Assembly: GCA_951406725.2 (NCBI GenBank)
Contig: OX597824.1
Coordinates: forward strand, 17,732,001 to 17,796,000
DNA: 64,000 bases
DNA from: Octopus vulgaris
Taxonomy: Eukaryota
Reading direction: 5' to 3'
In this document: one piece after another, positions 12,301 through 22,400 of the stretch
How the letters are laid out: each line of letters opens with the position of its first letter
Numbering within the stretch: position 1 is the stretch's first letter
Made by a program: the position numbers and the translations under genes
Notes under the pieces: generated by a model
Told to the model about the DNA's origin: nothing
Database searches by the model: none
Seen by the model: only the letters and a program-made list of their open reading frames with translations

Positions 12301-14610
12301 GTGGACAGTTCATTGAATTTAAGCTAATTGACAGTTGATCGAATTTCCACCAATGGACAGTTGATCGAATTTTAGCTGGGGGACAGTTGATCGAATTTTC
12401 ACCAGTTGACAGTTGATCGAATTTTCGCTAGTGGACAGTTGATCGAATTTTCGCTAGAGGACAATTGATCGAATTTGCACAAGTGGGCAGTTGATCGAAT
12501 TTGCAGAATTGGACAGTTGATCGAATTTACACAAGTGGTCAGTTGATCGAATATTCGCTAGTGGTCAGTTGATCGAATTTGCACCAGTGGACAGTTCATT
12601 GAATTTAAGCTAATTGACAGTTGATCGAATTTTCACAAGTGGACAGTTGATCGAAATTTCGCTTGTGGACAATTGATCGAATTTTCGCTTGTGAACAATT
12701 GATCGAATTTGCACAAGTGGATAGTTGATCGAATTTACACAAGTGGACAGTTGATCGAATAATCAATAGTGGACAGTTGATAGAATTTCCACCAATGGAC
12801 AGTTGATCGAATTTTAGCTGGGGGACAGATGATCGAATTTTCACCAGTGGACAGTTGATCGAATTTTCGCTAGTGGACAGTTGATCGAATTTTCGCTAGT
12901 GGACAATTGATCGAATTTGCACAAGTGGACAGTTGATCGAATTTGCAAAAGTGGACAGTTGAACAAATTTACACAAGTGGTCAGTTGATCGAATATTCGC
13001 TAGTGGACAGTTGATCGAATTTGCACCAGTGGACAGTTCATTGAATTTAAGCTAATTGACAGATGATCGAAATTTCGCTTGTGGACAAATGATCGAATTT
13101 TCTCTTGTGAACAATTGATCGAATTTGCACAAGTGGATAGTTGATCGAATTTGCACAAGTGGACAGTTGATCGAATTTGCACAAGTGAACAGTTGATCGA
13201 ATAATCAATAGTGGACAGTTGATCGAATTTCCACCAATGGACAGTTGATCGAATTTTAGCTGGGGGACAGTTGATCGAATTTTCACCAGTGGACAGTTGA
13301 TCGAATTTTCGCTTGTGGACAGTTGATCGAATTTTCGCTAGTGGACAATTGATCGAATTTGCACAAGTGGACAGTTGATCGAATTTGCACAAGTGGACAG
13401 TTGATCAAATTTACACAAGTGGTCAGTTGATCGAATATTCGCTAGTGGACAGTTGATCGAATTTGCACCAGTGGACAGTTGATCGAATTTTCGCGATGTG
13501 GACAGTTGATCGAATTTTCTCTAGTGGACGTTTGATCGAATTTGCACAAGTGGACAATTGATCGTATTTGTACAAGTGGACAGTTGATCGAATTTGCACA
13601 AGTGGACAGTTGATCGAACTTGCACCAGTGGACAGTTGATCGAATTTTAGCTAATGGACAGTTGATCGAATTTTCACCAGTGGAAAGTAGATCGAATATT
13701 CGCTAGTGGACAGTTGATCGAATTTCCACCAATGGACAGTTGGTCGATTTTTAGCTGGGGGACAGTTGATCGAATTTTCACCAGTGATCAGTTTATCGAA
13801 TTTTCGCTAGTGGACAGTTCATCGAATTTTCGCTAGAGGACAATTGATCGAATTTGCACAAGTGGACAGTTGATCGAATTTGCAGAAGTGGACAGTTGAT
13901 CGAATTTTACACAAGTGGTCAGTTGATCGAATATTCGCTAGTGGACAGTTGATCGAATTTTCGCTTGTGGACAATTGATCGAATTTGCACAAGTGGACAG
14001 TTGATCGAATATTCAATAGTGGACAGTTGATCGAATTTTCACCAGTGGACAGTTGATCGAATTTTAGCTTGCGGACAGTTGATCGAATCTTCACCAGTGG
14101 ACAGTTGATCGAATTTTCGCTAGTGGACAGTTGATCGAATTTTCGCTAGTTGACAATTGATCGAATTTGCTTTAGTGGACAGTTGATCGAATATTCAATA
14201 GTGGACAGTTGATCGAATTTGCACCAGTGGAGAGTTGATCGAATTTTAGCTTGTGGACTGTTCATCGAATTTGCACCAGTGGACAGTTGATCGAAGTTTT
14301 TCTAATGGACAGTTGATCGAATTTTCGCAGTGGACATTTGGTCGAATTTGCACAAGTGGACAGTTGATCGAATTTACAGAATTGGTCAGTTGATCGAATA
14401 TTCGCTAGTGGACAGTTGATGGAATTTGCACCAGTGGACAGTTGATCGAATTTTAGCTAATGGACAGTTGATCGAATTTTCGCTAGTGGACAGTTGATTG
14501 AATTTTCCCTAGTGGACCTTTGATAGAATTTTCGCTAGTGGACAGTTGACTTAATTTTCAGTTGTGGACACTTGAGCGAATTTTCACAAGTGGACAGTTC
14601 ATCGAATTTG
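9378..14610. repeat. 26-bp tandem satellite/minisatellite array (~200 units) with higher-order structure
   Basis: Unit GTGGACAGTTGATCGAAT plus a variable 8-mer (ttgcacaa, ttgcacca, tttcgcta, tttcacca, attcaata, attcgcta...). Rare variants recur at 286 bp (11x26) and 442 bp (17x26) spacing. Confidence 0.97.
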
Positions 14611-14615
14611 CTCCC

Positions 14616-14747
14616 TGTTATGTCGTACATTCGGATTCTTTCTACTCAACTCGACTCCTCTCTACACCTCTCTCACATTTAGACCTCTCCCTCTATATCT
14701 ACGTAATAGGATAGCTTATTTCATCGTCTGGTGGCGTCCACACAACA
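14616..14747 (-). repeat. 3' LTR
   Basis: tgttatgtcg...ccacacaaca; adjacent to the polypurine tract; about 78% identical to 16164-16295. Confidence 0.88.
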
Positions 14748-14759
14748 CCTCCACCTTTT

Positions 14760-15200
14760 GAGTTTTTAAATCCTGAATTAATCAATTTTATTTCCTCTGT
14801 GAGAAACCGGCATATCTTTTTTCTCTTAGCGTTAATTTCCATCATTTCTGTAGATTTTCTCTTCCTGTTCGACCTACGTGTCGGTTCTGCTTTTGCTTGT
14901 GGTTCTGGGTCCTCGAACACTTTTTCTTGTGGTTCTGGGACCTGGAACAAATCATACCATAAATCTATTCTTCTCGTCTCTCTTGGTTTTTGGTATATCT
15001 TTTTTTAATTGGTTTAAATCCATTCTGTGTTCATATTTTGGTCCTTTTACCATGTACATCACGTTACCCAGACGTCCAGTTACACTTCCTTCTTCCCTGT
15101 CCTGTTTTCTGTTACTATATATTTTAAAATACTCTTTGTCACCTGTATTTTTAAAAAAATCATTTTTCTTCCCTATTTTCTGCTCGGCAACCATTTGTCA
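14760..15200 (-). pseudogene. Frameshifted integrase C-terminal remnant of the Gypsy pol
   Basis: GSVTGRLGNVMYMVKGPKYEHRMDLNQLKK and PTRRSNRKRK resemble the C-terminal SH3-like region and RRSxR motif of Mag-type integrases. Confidence 0.65.
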
Positions 15201-15383
15201 GAAATAAAACGATAAAGATAAAACAGGTTTTAACTTTAAAGGGGTAATCTTTCCTCAAATGTCGATCTCCGCAACCGTAGCACTGTTTTGAATTAAAATT
15301 TTTCCATCTTTCTGTACTCTCTTTACACATTTGTACATTATTATTCTTGTCTTCTGTCTTTCTTGTTTCATCGTGGAGGTCTA

Positions 15384-16022
15384 TTATTTGTTGACATTCC
15401 TAAGCCACATTCTGCAAATGAGTTTCACATCTTGATTCAACTTTGATAAAATTCTTTTTCTAATTTCCGCGTCTTCCGTTGCCACTAGCCGTTTAACGAA
15501 TATTAAGTACTTGAACATATCTGGCGTTAATTCTTCCAGCTTAAACATTTCGCTAGCCTTATTAACCATACCGGCATATGTTAAGATATCATCGGGCTCG
15601 TTTCTCTTTAAATTTAAACATTCCCATCGAATATTAAACAGCGAAAGTTTCTCGCTAAAAATATTAGTCAAAATATTTATCGTTTCATCAAAACACATTT
15701 CCGCGGGCTTTCTCGGCAAAATAAAGTTACAAAATCTTTCGTGTTCCGGATTAGCAATATTTTGCAAAAGGAGCCTTACCTTCCTTTCACTAGGCCATCC
15801 TCTGCATTCCTCTCGGAATATGTCTTCGTATCGTCTGTAATATGCAGCAAACGTAATTTCTTCATCCGGATTGTAGTGAAATTCTTCGATGGAATTTGCA
15901 ATACCATCTGCTGAAAATGATTCTACCGTTTTTCTCGACTGCAGTAACAATTCTATTAAATTCTGTAGTTGTTGTTGCTGCTGCTGTTGTTGTTTTACAA
16001 CTGCTTTCAGTAACTCTTCCAT
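15384..16022 (-). CDS. gag: Gag-like protein of a Mag/Gypsy element (212 aa from MEELL; frameshifted near its end)
   Basis: Poly-Q N-terminus, then IEEFHYNPDEEITFAAYYRRYEDIF...KVRLLL...FCNFILP...LFNIRWECLNL...YAGMVN...FKYLIFV, typical of invertebrate Mag-clade Gag; lies just downstream of the PBS. Confidence 0.8.
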   Translation of the reverse strand: MEELLKAVVKQQQQQQQQLQNLIELLLQSRKTVESFSADGIANSIEEFHYNPDEEITFAAYYRRYEDIFREECRGWPSERKVRLLLQNIANPEHERFCNFILPRKPAEMCFDETINILTNIFSEKLSLFNIRWECLNLKRNEPDDILTYAGMVNKASEMFKLEELTPDMFKYLIFVKRLVATEDAEIRKRILSKLNQDVKLICRMWLRNVNK

Positions 16023-16039
16023 TTCGGTACTATTCGAAA

Positions 16040-16163
16040 CCTCGTCACCACTGTTATATCGCAAGACTACACAATGGCTGTGTGAGCTACGAATTCCTCG
16101 TCGCCACTCTTATATCGCAATACTACACAGTGGCTGTGTGAGCTACGAAATCCTCGTCGCCCT
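16040..16163 (-). promoter_or_regulatory. Three primer binding site copies (tRNA-Ser GCT type) in a 56-bp tandem repeat
   Basis: Plus-strand cctcgtc(a/g)cc at 16040, 16096 and 16152; minus-strand TGGCGACGAGGA is complementary to the metazoan tRNA-Ser(GCT) 3' end ...TCCTCGTCGCCA. Confidence 0.75.
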
Positions 16164-16295
16164 CGTCATGTCGCACGTTCAGATGCCTTCTACTCAACTC
16201 GACTCCTCTCTACTCGTCTCTCATGTCTAAGCTTCTCCCAAGATATCTACATATTGGACTAGACTACTTCATCGTCTGGGGGCCTCCACAAAACA
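16164..16295 (-). repeat. 5' LTR
   Basis: Colinear and gap-free with 14616-14747; followed on the minus strand by the PBS. Confidence 0.88.
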
Positions 16296-16320
16296 CTCTT
16301 GTGAACAGTTGATCGAATCA

Positions 16321-16518
16321 ATTTCTGTTTGTGTGTTTGTATGCATGTATGTGGGTTTCTATGTAATTATCTGCTGTGAGCTTCTTTCTTCATCGTTATG
16401 TTCTACTCTATCTATGCATATACATTTTCAAACACGTTTCTAGAAATACATCCATTAACTTAGAAGTGAAATTAGTTATTCTCTTTGCACACAAGCCCAT
16501 CGACATACACATGCATTC
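16321..16518 (+). repeat. Direct repeat copy 2 (~198 bp)
   Basis: Matches 9115-9312. Confidence 0.92.
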
Positions 16519-17069
16519 GTGTGTGTGCGTGCATATGTGTGTGTGTATGTATTCTTCACTGCTTTCTTCTCTGTATCCAGTATTAGTTTTCCTACCGTTA
16601 TATTTTTCTTTTTACTCTTTGAGGAACATGTCAGACTCATTTCTTTTTCTAGCAATTTCTAACTTCAACCCCATCTCACAGACTCACGGACGCACAAATT
16701 TGTTTGCATGTATTCTGCTGTAAAAACAGAATAAAATAACAGAAAAACAAATTGAAAGAGCGAAGCATGTAAAAGAACTTTCCATGCGGCTCATTTTACG
16801 TAAGAAACTCATTATATATCTAACTACAACCATATGCTTCATATGACCTGAACGACGGAGAAAGATCTTTTTTCGGGTAATCTAGGAAGCAGAAGTTATG
16901 TGAAGAATTGCATCGCTGCTGAACCTTGCACATTACTGTGGACAAGGAGTCTTGTTTACAGATTTTGTGTAAATAAATTGTGTAGAAGCATGAAGTTATT
17001 TCAACATGCATGTTTGTACTCCAGTATAATATGGTGTAATTACTTGTACAGATTTATATATATATATAA

Positions 17070-17105
<36 letters not shown>

Positions 17106-17320
17106 ATTTATATATAGTGAGAGAGAGAGAGGGAAACATATATTTATTTGTATATATGTATCTATATTTATATTGATATATATATATTAAAAAAAAAATA
17201 TATATATGCATATCCATCTCTCTCTCTCTCTCGCTATATATATATACCTATATATACATATGTATTTATATATATATATTTGTATATATCAACATTTATA
17301 TATATTTCTTTATATCTATC

Positions 17321-17379
<59 letters not shown>

Positions 17380-17401
17380 AAATATATATTATATATACAT
17401 A

Positions 17402-17442
<41 letters not shown>

Positions 17443-17528
17443 TACACGTAGATAATAAAACGTAAGCTATGTTATATACATTCAGACAGACACACATGTA
17501 TGTATGTACATACGTATATCTATACATG

Positions 17529-17660
<132 letters not shown>

Positions 17661-18110
17661 TATGTGTATGACCCACTGGAATTATATCTTCAAGAGAAAA
17701 TAAAACAATTGGAGATTCGAAAAAGTGGATAATTTCATCTCCAACAAGCTCGCACACGTGCCTAACATTCGCACAACATGATCATGTATATTCAGGTGTA
17801 TGTGTATGTATATATATATATATATATATGCAGAGAGAGAAAGTGAGAGTGATGCATAGCTATTTAGGTAGATGAAGATATATATATATATATATATATA
17901 TAAAGAGATATGTGTGTGTGTATACACACACACGCACACATGCACACACACACGCATATATATATATGTATGTACATCCATATATATGTGTGTGGGTGTG
18001 TATATATATGTATATATATAATATACATATATATACACACACGCACATACACACATATATAGACACGTACATGTATATCTTTTCATACATATATTTCTCC
18101 ATCTAACTAC

Positions 18111-18153
<43 letters not shown>

Positions 18154-18155
18154 CG

Positions 18156-18190
<35 letters not shown>

Positions 18191-18758
18191 GTGTGTGTGT
18201 GTATATATATATATGTATATATATGTGTGTGTGTGTGTATATATATACATATATATACACACACACACACATATATATATATACACACGCACACATATAT
18301 ATATATACATGCATATATATATACGTAGATAGATAGATAGAGAGGGAGATTGAGAGAGATGGGTAGTTAGATGGAGAAATATATGTATGAAAATATATAC
18401 AAGTACGTGTCTATATATGTGTGTATGTGTGTGTGTGTGTGTGTGTATGTATATATGTATATATGTGAATGCAAAAAGAGGGAGATATAGAGTAAGATAG
18501 AGAGAGAGAGAGAGGGGGGAACAGAAGCCGGTTTTCACACATAGTATATCACCATACACAGTTGATACATATATTTTAGATGCGTGGATACGTTTGTATT
18601 GCTAACCAAGCTTGAATATCCAAGTAGAATATAGTTAAAATTGAAGTTATATTCATATACAGAGTATAACTTTGTGCTTCATAATTCAAATAAATACGGT
18701 CTCTCTTTTTTTCTCTCTCTCACTCTCTCTTTTTTCTGATGTCTTATCATTCTTCCAG

Positions 18759-18845
18759 CAGATCGTTCGTTGCAGAAGCAGCAACTCTGGTACCCGAGTA
18801 GAGTAAAAAGTACAACAATTCAAAGAGTTGATGCCATTTTGAAAG
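18759..18845 (+). other. Candidate 87-nt internal exon
   Basis: Long polypyrimidine tract plus ttcttccag acceptor; gaaag|gtaagt donor; one open frame (DRSLQKQQLWYPSRVKSTTIQRVDAILK); length divisible by 3. No homology recognised. Confidence 0.3.
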
Positions 18846-19112
18846 GTAAGTAGCGAAAAAGTGTGAGCTTCCATTTCAGTGGGGCGTCAAATGAAATAAA
18901 CTTCAACAGCTGTTATATGTGTGAATATACAGGGTAAATAATAGAAAAAAATAGGCCGCACAATGCGATAGTGTTTACGCATCTACAGGCTGCACCATCC
19001 CAGATGTGTAAGTAATACTTCACTGTTTTTCAAATGGTTTGGTGATTGGTGAATATGTCTACAGAGAAATGAATGTAGACTTTAAACTGCAGCTTTTTTA
19101 GCTTGTAATATT

Positions 19113-19320
19113 CAGGGGTGTTCAAAAAATTTCTCCGTAGTGAATTCTCTTCATCCTGCGCATGTGCAACTTGGTTATCCCTGCGTGAGCGGCCGGGTGT
19201 CAACCGTTGTCTTTTAGTCATTGTGTACCCTTCAGCGCGTCGACATGCTTACCATTGAAGAACGTACGTTTTTGGTTGAACGGGTGTTTCGAGCTGGAAA
19301 AAAATACACTCGATGGAACT
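19113..19320 (+). mobile_element. 5' fragment of a Tc1/mariner-type element (DUF4817-like transposase N-terminus)
   Basis: TIR-like caggggtgttcaaaaa followed by MLTIEERTFLVERVFRAGKKYT; truncated. Confidence 0.55.
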
Positions 19321-19450
19321 TTATCTCAGAACGTAAAGCACCGGATTTTTTTCCCTTTTCCCTATGCAGTAATCCCTCGACTATCGCGGGTGTTATGTTC
19401 CAAAACGTCCCGCGATAAATGAAAATCTGCGAAGTAGAAACAGTACAGTA

Positions 19451-19500
19451 TTTTTTTTTGCTTCAGCTCAGAGCTGCGGCCATGCTGATGCACCGCCGTT
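19451..19500 (-). mobile_element. SINE 3' tail module with poly(A)
   Basis: Minus-strand ggcggtgcatcagcatggccgcagctctgagctgaagc(a)9 matches the tail at 32668-32720 and family B tails. Confidence 0.7.
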
Positions 19501-19508
19501 TGCTTTTC

Positions 19509-19806
19509 GTATGCAAGCCGGTGGGGCTCGCTCTGGGCACTCTAATTTTTTCACAGTGAACGTACCGGCCGCCTCGGACACTCGGCGAAGAGCACCCTCG
19601 GAGGAACCGTGCGGGCCGGAACGACCGGGAGGTAGACGCGCTATTACCGCAACGCGAAGGGCGACGCCCGACGACGCGCCTGCCTCGTGGCTCCCGTGCG
19701 CGCAGCACCGACCTGCGCGACGTGAAATCGGACGAAACGCGCGGGCGAAGACAGGGCAGGGCAGCGGCCGACGCGGCGGCGATGCGCGCAGAGCTCCGCG
19801 GCCCGA
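19509..19806 (-). pseudogene. 18S rRNA pseudogene fragment (V4 region with GC-rich expansion)
   Basis: Minus strand reads ctacctcccggtc...ggtgctcttcgccgagtgtccgaggcggccggtacgttcactgtgaaaaaattagagtgcccagagcgagcc, matching the conserved 18S segment TGCTCTT..TGAGTGTC...ACGTTTACTTTGAAAAAATTAGAGTGTTCAAAGCAGGC. Confidence 0.8.
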
Positions 19807-20440
19807 TTTGTTACAAATGCAAAACACCACGGAGGAATCAACGTATGCTTAAATAATAAACCCTGATAGGTGAACCACGATATAGCTAGGAATTACTGTA
19901 CTAATAACGAAGAAAAATAAGCAGCGCAGTTCCAGATCTTGACCTAATTGTGTTCAATATGTACACACACAAACACACACACATAATAGAATAACAGCAG
20001 ATCTGGAATATGCGCTTGATCAAAATTTGGCGGGGCGAGAAAAATTGGTCAAGTTGAACTAATTACCCGAGAGGATCTTTAATTTAATGATAAACGACCA
20101 ATTTGAGCACAGCAGGATTTGAACCCAGATAGCGAAGAACAAGAACAAAGACGACGAATTACGCTGTTACACGTTACAACGATTCTGTCAAAATACCGCT
20201 CAAAACAACGACAACAGCTATAAGACGATGTATATTCTTTGAAGACTCTCAGAACGGCATGAGCTTTTTGCGGAAGCTATATTTCTTTAAGCATGATAAA
20301 GGTGTTTGTGTGTCGGAATATATGTGTGTGCGTGTGTGTGTGTGTACGTGTGTGTATGTATATATTCAAGTATGTATATATATATATATATATATACATA
20401 TAAGACCAAAAAGGGTACGGGCCTCGCTATATATATGTAT

Positions 20441-20699
20441 ATGTAAGAAAATACAAACTGGGACAAGAACGCAAAACATTTAGAAGACGATACAAAAAAC
20501 ACGGACGGGACATTCGAAGCCTTCAATCTTCAGTCAAGAACCAGATCATCTTCGCAATTTCGGCTGATTAATCTTATCAGCCGAAATTGCGAAGATGATC
20601 CGGTTCTTGACTGAAGATTGAAGGCTTCGAATGTCCCGTCCGTGTTTTTTATATCGTCTTCTAAATGTTTTGCGTTCTTGTCCCAGTTTGTATTTTTTT

Positions 20700-20703
<4 letters not shown>
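20441..20703. mobile_element. Near-perfect 263-bp palindrome (Penelope-like inverted pLTR remnant)
   Basis: Arms 20441-20568 and 20576-20703 with a 7-nt loop; contains the hammerhead-like core ctgaagattgaaggcttcgaa. Confidence 0.8.
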
Positions 20704-20761
<58 letters not shown>

Positions 20762-21095
20762 TTATACACACATTATATCTACTCTAATTACACCAAATCC
20801 AGAACTACTTACCTCCCTTAAACATAATCTTTTTACTGGGGGATTAGTAGACCCGACACCGTTCACTGTCTGTGAACAGTAACTTTACGAAACCGGTGTA
20901 CCTTTGAATCTCTTTTCCAATTCACAATAATGACTTTTATTACTTTATTCCTACTTCAGTTCATCGAATTGTATCGTTACTTTTCCTTAAAAAAATCCTT
21001 TACTTTTTTTGATTTCCAATGTGCATTTTAGCTTTTTTTCTTCTTATTTACCCCTTACACTTCCACGTGTATTTTCTATTTTTTTTTTGTAATAT

Positions 21096-21248
21096 GTGGC
21101 TGTGTGGTAAGTAGCTTGCTTACCAACCAAATGGTTCCGGGTTCAGTCCCACTGCGTGGCATCTTGGGCAAATGTCTTCTTCTATAGACTCGGGCCGACT
21201 AAAGCTTTCTGAGTGAATTCGGCAGACGGAAACTGATAGAATCGCGTC

Positions 21249-21320
<72 letters not shown>

Positions 21321-21543
21321 GTGTGTGTATACGTTTGTGTGTCTGTGTTTGTCCCCCCAACATCGCTTGACAACCGATGCTGTTGTCTTTGTGTTCCCGT
21401 AACTTAACAGTTCGGCAAAAAAGACCGATAGAATAAATACTAGACTTACAAAGAATAACTCCTGGGGTCGATTTGCTGGACTAAAGGCGGTGCTCCAGCC
21501 TGGCCACATTCAAAATGACTGGAACAAGTAAAATAGTAAAAGT
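21096..21543 (+). mobile_element. SINE family B (tRNA head, CORE-like segment, internal microsatellite)
   Basis: gtggctgtgtggtaagtagc...ggttcagtccc...cttgggcaaatgtc...(ta)n...ggcggtgctccagc...aacaagtaaaa. Confidence 0.9.
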
Positions 21544-21544
21544 G

Positions 21545-21595
<51 letters not shown>

Positions 21596-22189
21596 CTGAT
21601 CCATTCTTGTTACTTTTTTCTTGGTTATATATATATATATATATATATATAGTAAACCGCTGCCGCGTGTTTGATGAGTTTACGCCAAATTAGGCACAAG
21701 TGATGCACTTTACATAAAGAAATATCTCGAAATCTTTGGAAGCGAATCAAGAAATTTCGCCGCTAGTGAGAAGATTGTGTATAAACATCAACAATGAAAG
21801 GAGAACCATTTCCTTGGTGATATTCAATTTGTTTCTTCTCATAATTAACTGTTTCTTGCATAGCAGGCATTATTTCTATATTGTTGTTGTGCTAAACGGG
21901 ATCGTGATAGATTTAAGAGGTGTTTTTCTTATCCTATATACAATTCAGTAATCGCATAAAACACATTTTTTAGATAGTTTAGTCGGCGATGAAAAGCTAT
22001 TGTTCATGTCCAGAGCATTGGTGCCTAGTGTAAGGAAGAGAGGAGGTAATACTCAGGCTTGAAGGTCTAACCGCAATACTTGCAACAGAAGGACCTCTGT
22101 AAATGACATCCAAGTGGGAAGAATGGGAGTTAAGTAGGACAACGGTGTATTTCTCTGTCTTTAATCGTATAGTAAGGAGGTAAGATCCT

Positions 22190-22400
22190 ACTCCCTGCGA
22201 TATGGCTTCAAATCCCACCGAAATCAACTGTCTTAATCCTTTCAAGATCTATATAAAAATTACTAATCTTAGAGGGTTGGGTTAGTGGGGCAGATAAAGA
22301 GAGGGTCGGAAAGAAAAACTTGTGCTTCCTTTTTTTGGTTCAATACGTTCTCAAGTGCAATGTCCGCACAGTCGATGGGCTTTCTTTGGTAATCTTGACA
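22190..22400 (+). repeat. Local ~210-bp duplication, copy 1
   Basis: Similar to 24112-24311 (offset 1922). Confidence 0.8.

Larger units (their letters stand above)
14616..16295 (-). mobile_element. Internally deleted Gypsy (Mag-like) LTR retrotransposon
   Basis: 132-bp LTRs at 14616-14747 (TG..CA) and 16164-16295; PPT aaaaggtggagg (14748-14759, minus); tRNA-Ser-type PBS; gag ORF; integrase C-terminal remnant; no RT/RNaseH seen; imperfect 5-bp TSD ctccc/ctctt. Confidence 0.9.
19367..19898. mobile_element. Tigger/pogo-like MITE carrying an internal insertion
   Basis: TIRs cagtaatccctcgactatcgcgg and ccacgatatagctaggaattactg|ta; related end fragment at 31995-32055. Confidence 0.75.

Noticed and set aside
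9381-14094. Minus-strand ORFs with KFDQLST/NSINCPL/IRSTVH repeats as a repeat or zinc-finger protein
   Set aside because: They are the three frames of a 26-nt unit cycling every 78 nt, appear in all frames and are broken by frequent stops.
9378-14610. CRISPR array (conserved repeat with variable inserts)
   Set aside because: Variable parts are only ~8 nt and are reused from a small set rather than being unique spacers; the context is eukaryotic with no cas genes.
19463-19852. GC-rich overlapping ORFs, CpG-island promoter or bacterial contaminant
   Set aside because: Better explained as an 18S rRNA V4 fragment; the ORFs arise from GC-driven stop scarcity.
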